Below, in pieces: positions 50,014-58,639 of a stretch of 64,000 bases of DNA (positions within the stretch are counted from its first letter, which is position 1; each line of letters starts with the position of its first letter). The notes below the pieces were generated by a model, which worked only from the letters and a program-made list of their open reading frames with translations, made no database searches and had not been told where the DNA came from. The translations under genes were made by a program, and so were the position numbers. Source of the DNA: an uncultured Candidatus Rokubacteria bacterium (GTDB taxonomy: Bacteria > Methylomirabilota > Methylomirabilia > Rokubacteriales > CSP1-6); NCBI GenBank assembly GCA_963754315.1, contig CAVWFS010000018.1, forward strand, positions 352,001-416,000, in the 5' to 3' direction.

Positions 50014-50346
50014 ATGTCAGACGTCGGCAAGGTCCGCCTGCGCGTTCCCTCGGCCATCAAACAGGGAGAGGTGGTGCGGGTCCGGGCTCTCATCATCCAC
50101 CCCATGGAGCGGGTAGAGGTCGACAAGCAGGGCAAGGCGATCAACAGGAATTACAATTACATCAACAAGATGGTGGTGACGTATCTGGGCAAGACGATCG
50201 CTACCGCCGAGACCAGCCAGAGTATCAGCGAGAATCCCTTCTTCACGTTCGCCTTTCGCGCGACCGATCCCGGCCTACTCAAGGTGACGTTCACAGACAC
50301 CCACGGCGGCAAGTACGAGGGCACGGCCGACATCACGTTCTCCTGA
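50014..50346 (+). CDS. soxZ: Sulfur carrier protein SoxZ
   Basis: VRALIIHPME and SISENPFFTF motifs; follows soxY. Confidence 0.88.
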   Translation: MSDVGKVRLRVPSAIKQGEVVRVRALIIHPMERVEVDKQGKAINRNYNYINKMVVTYLGKTIATAETSQSISENPFFTFAFRATDPGLLKVTFTDTHGGKYEGTADITFS

Positions 50347-50361
50347 GGAGACGGAGAGTCA

Positions 50362-50901
50362 GTGAGACGCGCGTGGGTAGGAGTGTTGGTCTTGGCGGTG
50401 TTGGTTCAACCCCTGATGGCCGCCGCCCGGACCCCGCTCGACACGCTTCTCGGGGATCTCCGCATCGTCCCCCTGGAACCGACCATGGCTCCGGCCTTCT
50501 CAGGACGAGACCTGGCCGGAGCGTCCATCACGCTGGCCCAGTTTCGGGGCCGCCCAATACTGCTCTATTTCTGGGCCACCTGGTGAACGTACTGCGCGAG
50601 GGAGTTGCCCTCGACCATCGAGGAAGTCCAGCGCGCCTACTCTGGCCGCGGACTGGTCGTCCTCGCCGTCAACATCGCGGAGAGTGAGCAGAAGGTGCGA
50701 GCCTGGGTGACTGAGCGCAAGCTGACCATGCGCGTTGTTCTCGACCCTCCAGGCGTGATCTCGCGCGCCTACCAGGTGACCGCCACCCCGACGGTCTACA
50801 TCGTCGACCGCGACGGAAAGCTCGTCGGCAGGGCCCTCGGGAGCAAGCCGTGGATGGGCGAGAAGGGACGAGCCCTTCTCCAGGCGCTGCTCGGCCCGTG
50901 A
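50362..50901 (+). CDS. TlpA/ResA-like thioredoxin selenoprotein (UxxC)
   Basis: In-frame TGA at 50584-50586 gives FWATW-U-TYC. The frame continues to cis-Pro TATPT and ends in a GTGA overlap with the next gene. Confidence 0.85.
50597..50613 (+). promoter_or_regulatory. Candidate bacterial SECIS hairpin
   Basis: CGAGGG-AGTTG-CCCTCG: 6-bp stem with G in the loop, starting 10 nt after the UGA. Confidence 0.6.
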
Positions 50902-52628
50902 TCGACGTCCTCGACACCGACGTCCTCGTTCTCGGCGCGGGTGGGGCGGGCCTCTGTGCCGCCCTGCACGCTAGCGATGCCAGCACGGCCCTGCGAGTCA
51001 TGGTCGTCGCCAAGGGCCTCCTGGGACGTGCTGGCTGCACGCGGATGGTCCAGGGTGGCTATAACGCCGTGCTGGCCGAGCCCGACTCGCTGGCGGCTCA
51101 CCTGCTCGACACGCTCAACGGAGGGGGCTGGATCAACGATCAAGAACTGGTGTGGACCTTGGTCACGGCCGCGCCCGCCCGGCTCCTCGAGCTGGAATCG
51201 CGTTACGGCTGCTTTTTCGATCGCACACGCGAGGGTCGCATTCATCAGAAGCCGTTCGCCGGCCAGACGCACGACCGGACCATCCACAAGGGGGACCTGA
51301 CCGGCATCGAGATCATGAACCGCCTGACCGAACAGATTCTGAGGCGCGAGCGAATCCGGACGTGGGAGGAGTGTCGGGCGGTCGAGTTGCTCCGTGACGA
51401 TCACGGGCGGGCGGCCGGGGCTCTTCTTCTCGATATCCGCTCCGGCGACTTCATGGCCGTGCGAGCCCGCGCCACCCTGCTGGCCATGGGCGGCGGGCCC
51501 ACGATGTACAAGATCGTCGCCTGCTCGGCCGACAAGTCCGCTGACGGCATCGCGCTCGCCTACCGAGCTGGTCTCTCCCTGCGCGACATGGAGATGGTGC
51601 AGTTCCATCCCACCGGGCTCATCGTACCGGGATCCCTCATGACGGGCGCACTCCTCGAAGAGGGGCTGCGTGGGGCGGGAGGCCAACTCCGCAATGGCCG
51701 GGGCGAGCGCTTCATGGAACGCTACGACCCCCTCCGGCTGGAACGGTCGACGCGTGACCTCGTGTCGCGCGCGGCCTTCCTCGAGGTGGTCGAGGGGCGC
51801 GGGACGCCGAACGACGGAGTGTGGCTCGACGTCTCGCACCTGGGCGCCGAGGTTGTCGAGCGAAATTTTCGAGGTATGGTCAAGCGCTGCCGTGACTTCG
51901 GTCGCGATCTCGCGCGCGAGAGGGTGGAGGTGGGACCGACCACCCACTTCATGATGGGCGGCGTGGTCATCGATGCGGACTGCCGGACCGAGGTGGACGG
52001 CCTTTTTGCGGCGGGCGAGGACGCGGGTGGGGTACACGGGGCCAACCGACTGGGCGGTAACGGTGTCGCCGAGTCGACCGTCTTCGGCGGTATCGCGGGC
52101 GATGTGATGGCGTCGTTCGTGGAAGGCCGTCGGCACTCCGCGCTTTCGGTCGCGCGCCTGGAGGACGCGGCGCGGCGGGTCCAGGCGCCCTTAGGACGAG
52201 CCTCACGCCGCGACTTGTATGCGCTCCAGCGGAGCCTCCGGGAGAGCATGTGGGACAAGGTCGGTCTCGTGCGGGACGCGGAAGGACTTCGGCGTGCCCT
52301 CGCCGACATCGATGGTCTCGACGAGGCTCTGGGCGAGGTCGGCGTGACGGGCGGCCCGGCCTTCAACACGGCGTGGCAGGACTGGCTCAACCTGACCAAC
52401 CAGCTCACGACAGCCCGCGTGATTGCCGAGAGCGCCCTCGCGCGCCGTGAGAGCCGCGGGGCTCACTATCGACGTGATTATCCAGAACGGATTTCTGGAC
52501 CGCCCTACGCGGTCTACGTGCGCCAGGCGGGAGCGGGGCCGACCGTGTGGGAGGCGGCGGTTGCCTTCACCCGAGCGATGCCGCCGGCGCCGAGCGCCAC
52601 CTCGATCGCCGTCGAGATCGGCGACTGA
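50898..52628 (+). CDS. SdhA/FrdA/TfrA-family flavoprotein lacking the FAD-linking His
   Basis: LGAGGAG, RAGCTRMVQGGYNA, MEMVQFHPTG, RSTRDLVSR, HFMMGG, HGANRLGGN and RESRGAH motifs. Confidence 0.88.
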   Translation: MIDVLDTDVLVLGAGGAGLCAALHASDASTALRVMVVAKGLLGRAGCTRMVQGGYNAVLAEPDSLAAHLLDTLNGGGWINDQELVWTLVTAAPARLLELESRYGCFFDRTREGRIHQKPFAGQTHDRTIHKGDLTGIEIMNRLTEQILRRERIRTWEECRAVELLRDDHGRAAGALLLDIRSGDFMAVRARATLLAMGGGPTMYKIVACSADKSADGIALAYRAGLSLRDMEMVQFHPTGLIVPGSLMTGALLEEGLRGAGGQLRNGRGERFMERYDPLRLERSTRDLVSRAAFLEVVEGRGTPNDGVWLDVSHLGAEVVERNFRGMVKRCRDFGRDLARERVEVGPTTHFMMGGVVIDADCRTEVDGLFAAGEDAGGVHGANRLGGNGVAESTVFGGIAGDVMASFVEGRRHSALSVARLEDAARRVQAPLGRASRRDLYALQRSLRESMWDKVGLVRDAEGLRRALADIDGLDEALGEVGVTGGPAFNTAWQDWLNLTNQLTTARVIAESALARRESRGAHYRRDYPERISGPPYAVYVRQAGAGPTVWEAAVAFTRAMPPAPSATSIAVEIGD

Positions 52629-52633
52629 TCCCG

Positions 52634-52960
52634 ATGAGGGTGGAATCGAAGGTCCTCAAACGCGAATGGACGACTCGCGAAGGCTGGCGCGACACCAAGC
52701 TCGGGATGTGGGCCTGGCTCATCCAGCGGGGGGCAGCCGTCGGGTTGCTCGTCGTCATCACCCTCCATCTCGCGAACCCATTCCGACGCCCGGTGCAGGC
52801 GGCCCTCCTCGCTTTAGCCCTGCTGCATGCGCTCCTCGGTGTGCGCTCGCTGCTGCTCGAGTGTGGGCTGTCGCCACGCTGGCACCGTCCGCTCTTCGCG
52901 CTGGCCCTCGGGCTCGCCGGCATATTCTTCGTGGCGTTCTGGACGTGGCGCTGGTACTGA
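52634..52960 (+). CDS. Small SdhC-like three-TM cytochrome b anchor
   Basis: GMWAWLIQR...LHL...LHALLGVRSLLLE motif. Confidence 0.7.
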   Translation: MRVESKVLKREWTTREGWRDTKLGMWAWLIQRGAAVGLLVVITLHLANPFRRPVQAALLALALLHALLGVRSLLLECGLSPRWHRPLFALALGLAGIFFVAFWTWRWY

Positions 52961-52992
52961 GCGGCGGCTGGTCGTATCCTCTTTAGGTTCTC

Positions 52993-53880
52993 ATGAGTGA
53001 CTCTTCGATCGCCGCCGCCCACCGCTACCCGCGTCATCGCGCCAACGTTGTCGATACAGAGATGGCCTATGTCGACACGGGGACGGGCGACCCCGTCGTG
53101 TTTCTGCACGGGAATCCGACCTCGTCGTACCTGTGGCGTAACATCATCCCGCACGTAGAGCCGCTGGGAAGGTGCCTCGCCCCCGACCTCGTGGGGATGG
53201 GAGAGTCCCATCGTGCGCCGAGCGACTCCTATCGCTTCATCGATCATGCCCGCTACCTGGATGCATGGTTCGACAACCTCGGGCTTACGCGACGGGTAAC
53301 CCTGGTTGCGCACGACTGGGGTTCGGCCCTCGCCTTTCACTGGGCCAAGCGCTTTCCCGACCGCGTGCGGGCCCTCGTGTACATGGAGGCGATCGTGCGC
53401 CCGATGGCCTGGGAGGAGTGGCCAGAAGCGGCCAGGTCCATTTTCCAGACCATGCGGTCGCCAGCGGGCGAGGAGGTCGTGCTCAGGAAGAACGTGTTCG
53501 TCGAGCGCATTCTGCCGGCCAGCGTTCTCCGTCGCCTGACCGACGAGGAGATGTCCGTCTATCGGCGTCCCTACCTTGAGCCTGGCGAAACCCGCCGGCC
53601 CACCCTGACATGGCCACGCGAGATTCCGATCGGCGGGGAGCCCGCCGATGTGGTCGCCATCGCGAGCGACTACGGGACGTTCCTGACGGCGAGCCCGTTG
53701 CCGAAGCTCTTCATCAACGCAGATCCCGGCTCGATCCTCGTGGGGGCTCAGCGCGAGTTTTGCCGGCGCTGGCCAAATCAACACGAGGTGACGGTGAAGG
53801 GCGCACACTTCATCCAGGAGGATTCGCCCAGAGAGATTGGCATGGCCATCGCCGCGTTCTTGCGCCGGCTGCCCCGGTGA
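52993..53880 (+). CDS. Haloalkane dehalogenase (DhaA/LinB-type alpha/beta hydrolase)
   Basis: FLHGNPTSSYLWRNI, HDWGSAL nucleophile elbow, WPREIP and HFIQED motifs. Confidence 0.92.
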   Translation: MSDSSIAAAHRYPRHRANVVDTEMAYVDTGTGDPVVFLHGNPTSSYLWRNIIPHVEPLGRCLAPDLVGMGESHRAPSDSYRFIDHARYLDAWFDNLGLTRRVTLVAHDWGSALAFHWAKRFPDRVRALVYMEAIVRPMAWEEWPEAARSIFQTMRSPAGEEVVLRKNVFVERILPASVLRRLTDEEMSVYRRPYLEPGETRRPTLTWPREIPIGGEPADVVAIASDYGTFLTASPLPKLFINADPGSILVGAQREFCRRWPNQHEVTVKGAHFIQEDSPREIGMAIAAFLRRLPR

Positions 53881-54267
53881 GGTTACGGGCTTCGCGGATG
53901 GGGTGGCTTATCGTCGGTCTGAGCGTGCTGATGGCGGTGCTGGCACCGCCCGTGCCCGCCCAGGAAGGGCAGGTATACGGCGCTGATCAGTTCTTCCAGC
54001 TCATCTGGGAGCCCGTGGAAGATGGGGGCCGGCTTCTCGGTCGGGGGGTACGTCATCAACAACTACGGCCTGGAGGCGATCAATGTCCGGCTCATGGTGG
54101 AGAGCCTTGATGTCCACGGCCGGGTTGTCGCCAAGACCATCGGCTACGTGAACTATCCGATCCCTCCCTCGGCGCGAGGCTTCTTCGAGATCTTTCCGCC
54201 TGACAAGTCTTCGAGCTTCCGGGTGTACGTGCTGTCATGGGACTGGCGGCGAAGCCCATCCGGCTGA
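53877..54267 (+). CDS. Secreted hypothetical protein (FxLYD-like Ig fold), frameshifted near 54039
   Basis: Signal peptide and FFQLIWE in one frame; VGGYVINNYG...VRLMVESLD..GRVV...FFEI in the next; coupled to neighbours at both ends. Confidence 0.6.
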
Positions 54268-54992
54268 TGCGTGTTCTCCGCTGGGCACCCGGCGAGGCCG
54301 AGCGTCAGCAGGTGTACTCGATCGCGACGGGACCGGACACGACGGTCCTCGACGCCCTGGTCGACATCCAGCGCGGGCAGGACCATACCCTGGCCTTTCG
54401 CTACGCCTGCCGCGTAGGGATGTGTGGGTCCTGTGCCATGGTCGTCAATGGACGGGAACGGTGGGCATGTCGGACGCGCCTGACGGCGCTCGACGCCGAC
54501 GTCATCGATGTGCGGCCCCTCTATCACTTGCCGATCCTGCGAGACCTCGTGGTGGACATGGCGCCGTTCCATGAGAAGCTCCGCTCGGTCGGGGCCGCGT
54601 TCGTGCCGGAGGCGGACGCGCCGGAGTACGCGATCGTCTCGGGTGAGTCGGCCGAGCGGCGAGAGATCGACGAGGCCATCGAATGCATTGGCTGCGGTAT
54701 GTGCGTCTCCGCCTGCACCATGGTCGCCCATGCGCCGCGATTCCCGGGCCCGGCCGCTCTCAACCGGACCTTCACTCTCCAGCGCGATCGACGGGACGCG
54801 GCTGAGTCCGTGTCCTGGTCCATCCTCCTCTCTGACGACGCGCTCGTCCGATGCCACGGCCAGGGCAACTGCACGGCAGTTTGTCCCATGGAACTTTCAC
54901 CAGAGAGATCGATTGCGCACCTCAAGCGCCTCGGAGTGCGCAGGCTTTTTGGCCAGCGGCGAGATCGGCCGGTGGTGGGACCGGTCGCTTGA
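54267..54992 (+). CDS. Sdh/Frd iron-sulfur subunit
   Basis: CRVGMCGSC...WAC, CIGCGMCVSAC and CHGQGNCTAVCP motifs. Confidence 0.9.
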   Translation: MRVLRWAPGEAERQQVYSIATGPDTTVLDALVDIQRGQDHTLAFRYACRVGMCGSCAMVVNGRERWACRTRLTALDADVIDVRPLYHLPILRDLVVDMAPFHEKLRSVGAAFVPEADAPEYAIVSGESAERREIDEAIECIGCGMCVSACTMVAHAPRFPGPAALNRTFTLQRDRRDAAESVSWSILLSDDALVRCHGQGNCTAVCPMELSPERSIAHLKRLGVRRLFGQRRDRPVVGPVA

Positions 54993-55031
54993 CGCCGCGC
55001 ACGTCGGACGCTAGAGTCTGGCTGCATCCAT

Positions 55032-55057
55032 ACCGCCTCCCCGATCCGGGAGGCGGT
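55032..55057 (+). terminator. GC-rich hairpin after the FeS gene (possible terminator)
   Basis: ACCGCCTCCC-N6-GGGAGGCGGT perfect 10-bp stem; no U-tract. Confidence 0.45.
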
Positions 55058-55273
55058 CGTGTGTCAGCATCCCTTTGTCACCCGGCGAGGTCAGCAATGG
55101 GGGGTAGTTTGGGCGTCTCGTTCAGGGTACGTGTCCCGCCGGCCCGCGACCTGGTGGTGGGGGTGAGGCCATCCATGTACCATAAGGTGTGGAGCCGTTA
55201 GCGACATGTTGAGAGCATTCGCGCCGATCTCTCGAGGACCCGCCACTCTGATGCGACCGAGACAGGAGGCCAG

Positions 55274-55321
55274 TGCTCGCAGTTCGGCACCGCCATCGTC
55301 GAGAACATGGCGACGCTGTAG
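55274..55321 (+). pseudogene. icd: 3'-terminal remnant of NADP-isocitrate dehydrogenase
   Basis: Translates as CSQFGTAIVENMATL*, resembling the icd C-terminus (CSEFG.AII.NM); lies just upstream of mdh; the rest of the gene is missing. Confidence 0.7.
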
Positions 55322-56296
<975 letters not shown>

Positions 56297-56374
56297 GGAC
56301 GAGCACGTCCCATGGTCGACTGGGCGAGCGGGAGAAGCGGGAGGCCACAATGAGCCAGGATAGCGAAGTAGGGC

Positions 56375-57217
56375 ATGCGTGAGCTCCACGTAAGCGCCAT
56401 CACCGATGCCGTCAAGAAGCTCTGCATGGAGGCCAATACCGTTCTCGAGCCGGACATGCTCCGCGCGTTCGATCGGGCTCTCGGCACGGAGCGCTCGCCA
56501 GCTGGACGGCAGGTGCTCCAGATCCTCAAGGACAACGCAGAGCTGGCCCGGACCAGGCGCATTCCCTACTGCCAGGACACGGGCATGGTGGTCATGTTCG
56601 TGGAGCTGGGTCAGGACGTGCACGTGACGGGCGGCTCCTTCGGCGACGCGCTGAACGAGGGTGTACGCCAGGGCTACACCGAAGGCTATCTGCGTGCCTC
56701 GATCGTACGCTCGCCCTTCGACCGCGTGAATACCGGCGACAACACGCCCGCGGTGATCCACGTCGACGTCGTCCCAGGCTCGCTGCTCAGGATCATGGTC
56801 ATGGCCAAGGGTGGGGGGTGCGAGAATCGCTCGAAATACAAGATGCTCACTCCGGCCGAGGGGATCGCTGGGGTGAAGGACTGGATCCTTGAATGCGTGC
56901 GCACTGCGGGTCCCGATGCCTGCCCACCACTCATCTTGGGGGTTGGGGTCGGCGGTACCTTCGAGAAAGCGGCCATCCTCAGCAAGAGGGCGCTGTTCCG
57001 GGAGCTGGGCACGCCGAATCCGGATCCGGCCGTCGACACGCTGGAGCGTGAGGTGCTCGACCGGGCAAACCGTCTTGGGATTGGACCTCAGGGCTACGGG
57101 GGCGACACGACCGCCTTCGGGATCCACATCCTGACCTATCCGTGCCACATCACCTCGCTCCCAGTCGCAGTGACCATCGAGTGCCACGCCCACCGGCACA
57201 AGGAGGTCACCCTGTGA
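56375..57217 (+). CDS. Class I fumarate hydratase, alpha subunit (TtdA-like)
   Basis: CQDTG, KGGGCEN, ACPP, GIGPQGYGG and CHAHR motifs. Confidence 0.9.
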   Translation: MRELHVSAITDAVKKLCMEANTVLEPDMLRAFDRALGTERSPAGRQVLQILKDNAELARTRRIPYCQDTGMVVMFVELGQDVHVTGGSFGDALNEGVRQGYTEGYLRASIVRSPFDRVNTGDNTPAVIHVDVVPGSLLRIMVMAKGGGCENRSKYKMLTPAEGIAGVKDWILECVRTAGPDACPPLILGVGVGGTFEKAAILSKRALFRELGTPNPDPAVDTLEREVLDRANRLGIGPQGYGGDTTAFGIHILTYPCHITSLPVAVTIECHAHRHKEVTL

Positions 57218-57263
57218 GACCCAGCTCTCGAGTCGGCGAGGTGGTCAGCCTGTGAGTGTGAGC

Positions 57264-57833
57264 ATGGCCGCGGACGGGATCAAAGAGGTCAGGCCGCCCC
57301 TGAGCGACGCTGACGTGACGGTGCTCCGCGCCGGCGATCGTGTCCGTATCAGCGGTGTCATGTACACGGGACGGGATGCCGCACACGGACGGCTGCTTCC
57401 GCTGATCGAGGAGGGAAAACCGCTTCCCATCGACGTGCGCGGGCAGATCATCTACTACACGGGCCCGTCACCCGCCCGTCCCGGAGACGTGGTGGGATCC
57501 ATCGGACCCACGACGGCTGGGCGGATGGACACGTACACCCCCGCCCTCCTTCAGCTGGGTCTCAAAGGGACGCTCGGTAAAGGGGCGCGGGGAGCGGCGG
57601 TCAAGGACGCGTTGCGCAAGCACAAGGCGGTTTACTTCGGCGCGATCGGGGGGGCGGGCGCGGTTTTGTCCCAATTCGTGAAGAAGCTTGAGATCGTTGC
57701 TTACGAGGATCTGGGCACGGAGGCAATCCGTCGCCTCGAGGTCGAGAACTTCCCGGCCATCGTGATCAACGACTGCCATGGAGGGGATCTTTACCAGGAC
57801 GGGATGAAGCAATACGCACGGGAGACATCATGA
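57264..57833 (+). CDS. Class I fumarate hydratase, beta subunit (TtdB-like)
   Basis: GRDAAH, GPTTAGRMD and DLGTEAI motifs. Confidence 0.9.
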   Translation: MAADGIKEVRPPLSDADVTVLRAGDRVRISGVMYTGRDAAHGRLLPLIEEGKPLPIDVRGQIIYYTGPSPARPGDVVGSIGPTTAGRMDTYTPALLQLGLKGTLGKGARGAAVKDALRKHKAVYFGAIGGAGAVLSQFVKKLEIVAYEDLGTEAIRRLEVENFPAIVINDCHGGDLYQDGMKQYARETS

Positions 57834-58639
57834 ACGGACGCGCGGTCGGGGCAGCGCGGGCCCCCATCGCGGCCCCGCATCTTCGCCGGGACGCTTGGTG
57901 GGCCCTGCCAGTCACCGTGGTCATCGTGCTGGGGTCGTTCATCATCTATTCGACGTGGGCGGCCCTGCACAACGCCCATTACTACGTGGCGCCCTACCTG
58001 TCGCCCTTCTACTCCCCGTGCCTGACGAAGTCGTGCTTGCACCCGACCTTCGGTGGGGGATTGCCGGACATCGCGGTGCCCATCATTGGGATCGTCTCGC
58101 CTGCCTTCCTGATCCTGTGGGGTCCTGGTCTCTTCCGGCTGACCTGTTACTACTATCGCAAGGCCTACTACCGCTCGTTCTGGCTGGCACCGGCGGCCTG
58201 TGCGGTGCGCGATGTGAAGAGCGGCTACACGGGCGAGACGCGCTTTCCCTTGGTGCTCCAGAGCCTTCACCGCTACGCGTGGTATGTGGCCGTGATCTTC
58301 ATCATCCTTTTGACCTGGGATGCCATCCTGGCCTTTCGCTTTCCTCTTCCCGGGGGCGGTCATCAGTTCGGCATCGGGGTAGGCACCATCGTCATGTGGA
58401 TCAACGTGCTCTTGCTCGCCGGCTATACCTTCTCCTGCCATTCGTGTCGGCACGTGTGCGGGGGGTACCTCAACAGCTTCTCGCGAGCACCCATCCGCTA
58501 CAAGCTCTGGCACGTGGTCTCCCGGCTCAACGAGAAGCATCCCGTCTACGCGTGGCTTTCCCTGTTCAGTGTCGGCTTGACGGACCTCTACATCCGGCTG
58601 GTCTCCATGGGCGTCATCCATGACGCGAGGATCCTGTGA
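57830..58639 (+). CDS. Sdh1-type (mycobacterial Rv0249c-like) membrane anchor
   Basis: YLSPFYSPC, FRLTCYYYRKAYYRSFW, YTGETRFP and SCHSCRH motifs. Confidence 0.85.
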   Translation: MNGRAVGAARAPIAAPHLRRDAWWALPVTVVIVLGSFIIYSTWAALHNAHYYVAPYLSPFYSPCLTKSCLHPTFGGGLPDIAVPIIGIVSPAFLILWGPGLFRLTCYYYRKAYYRSFWLAPAACAVRDVKSGYTGETRFPLVLQSLHRYAWYVAVIFIILLTWDAILAFRFPLPGGGHQFGIGVGTIVMWINVLLLAGYTFSCHSCRHVCGGYLNSFSRAPIRYKLWHVVSRLNEKHPVYAWLSLFSVGLTDLYIRLVSMGVIHDARIL

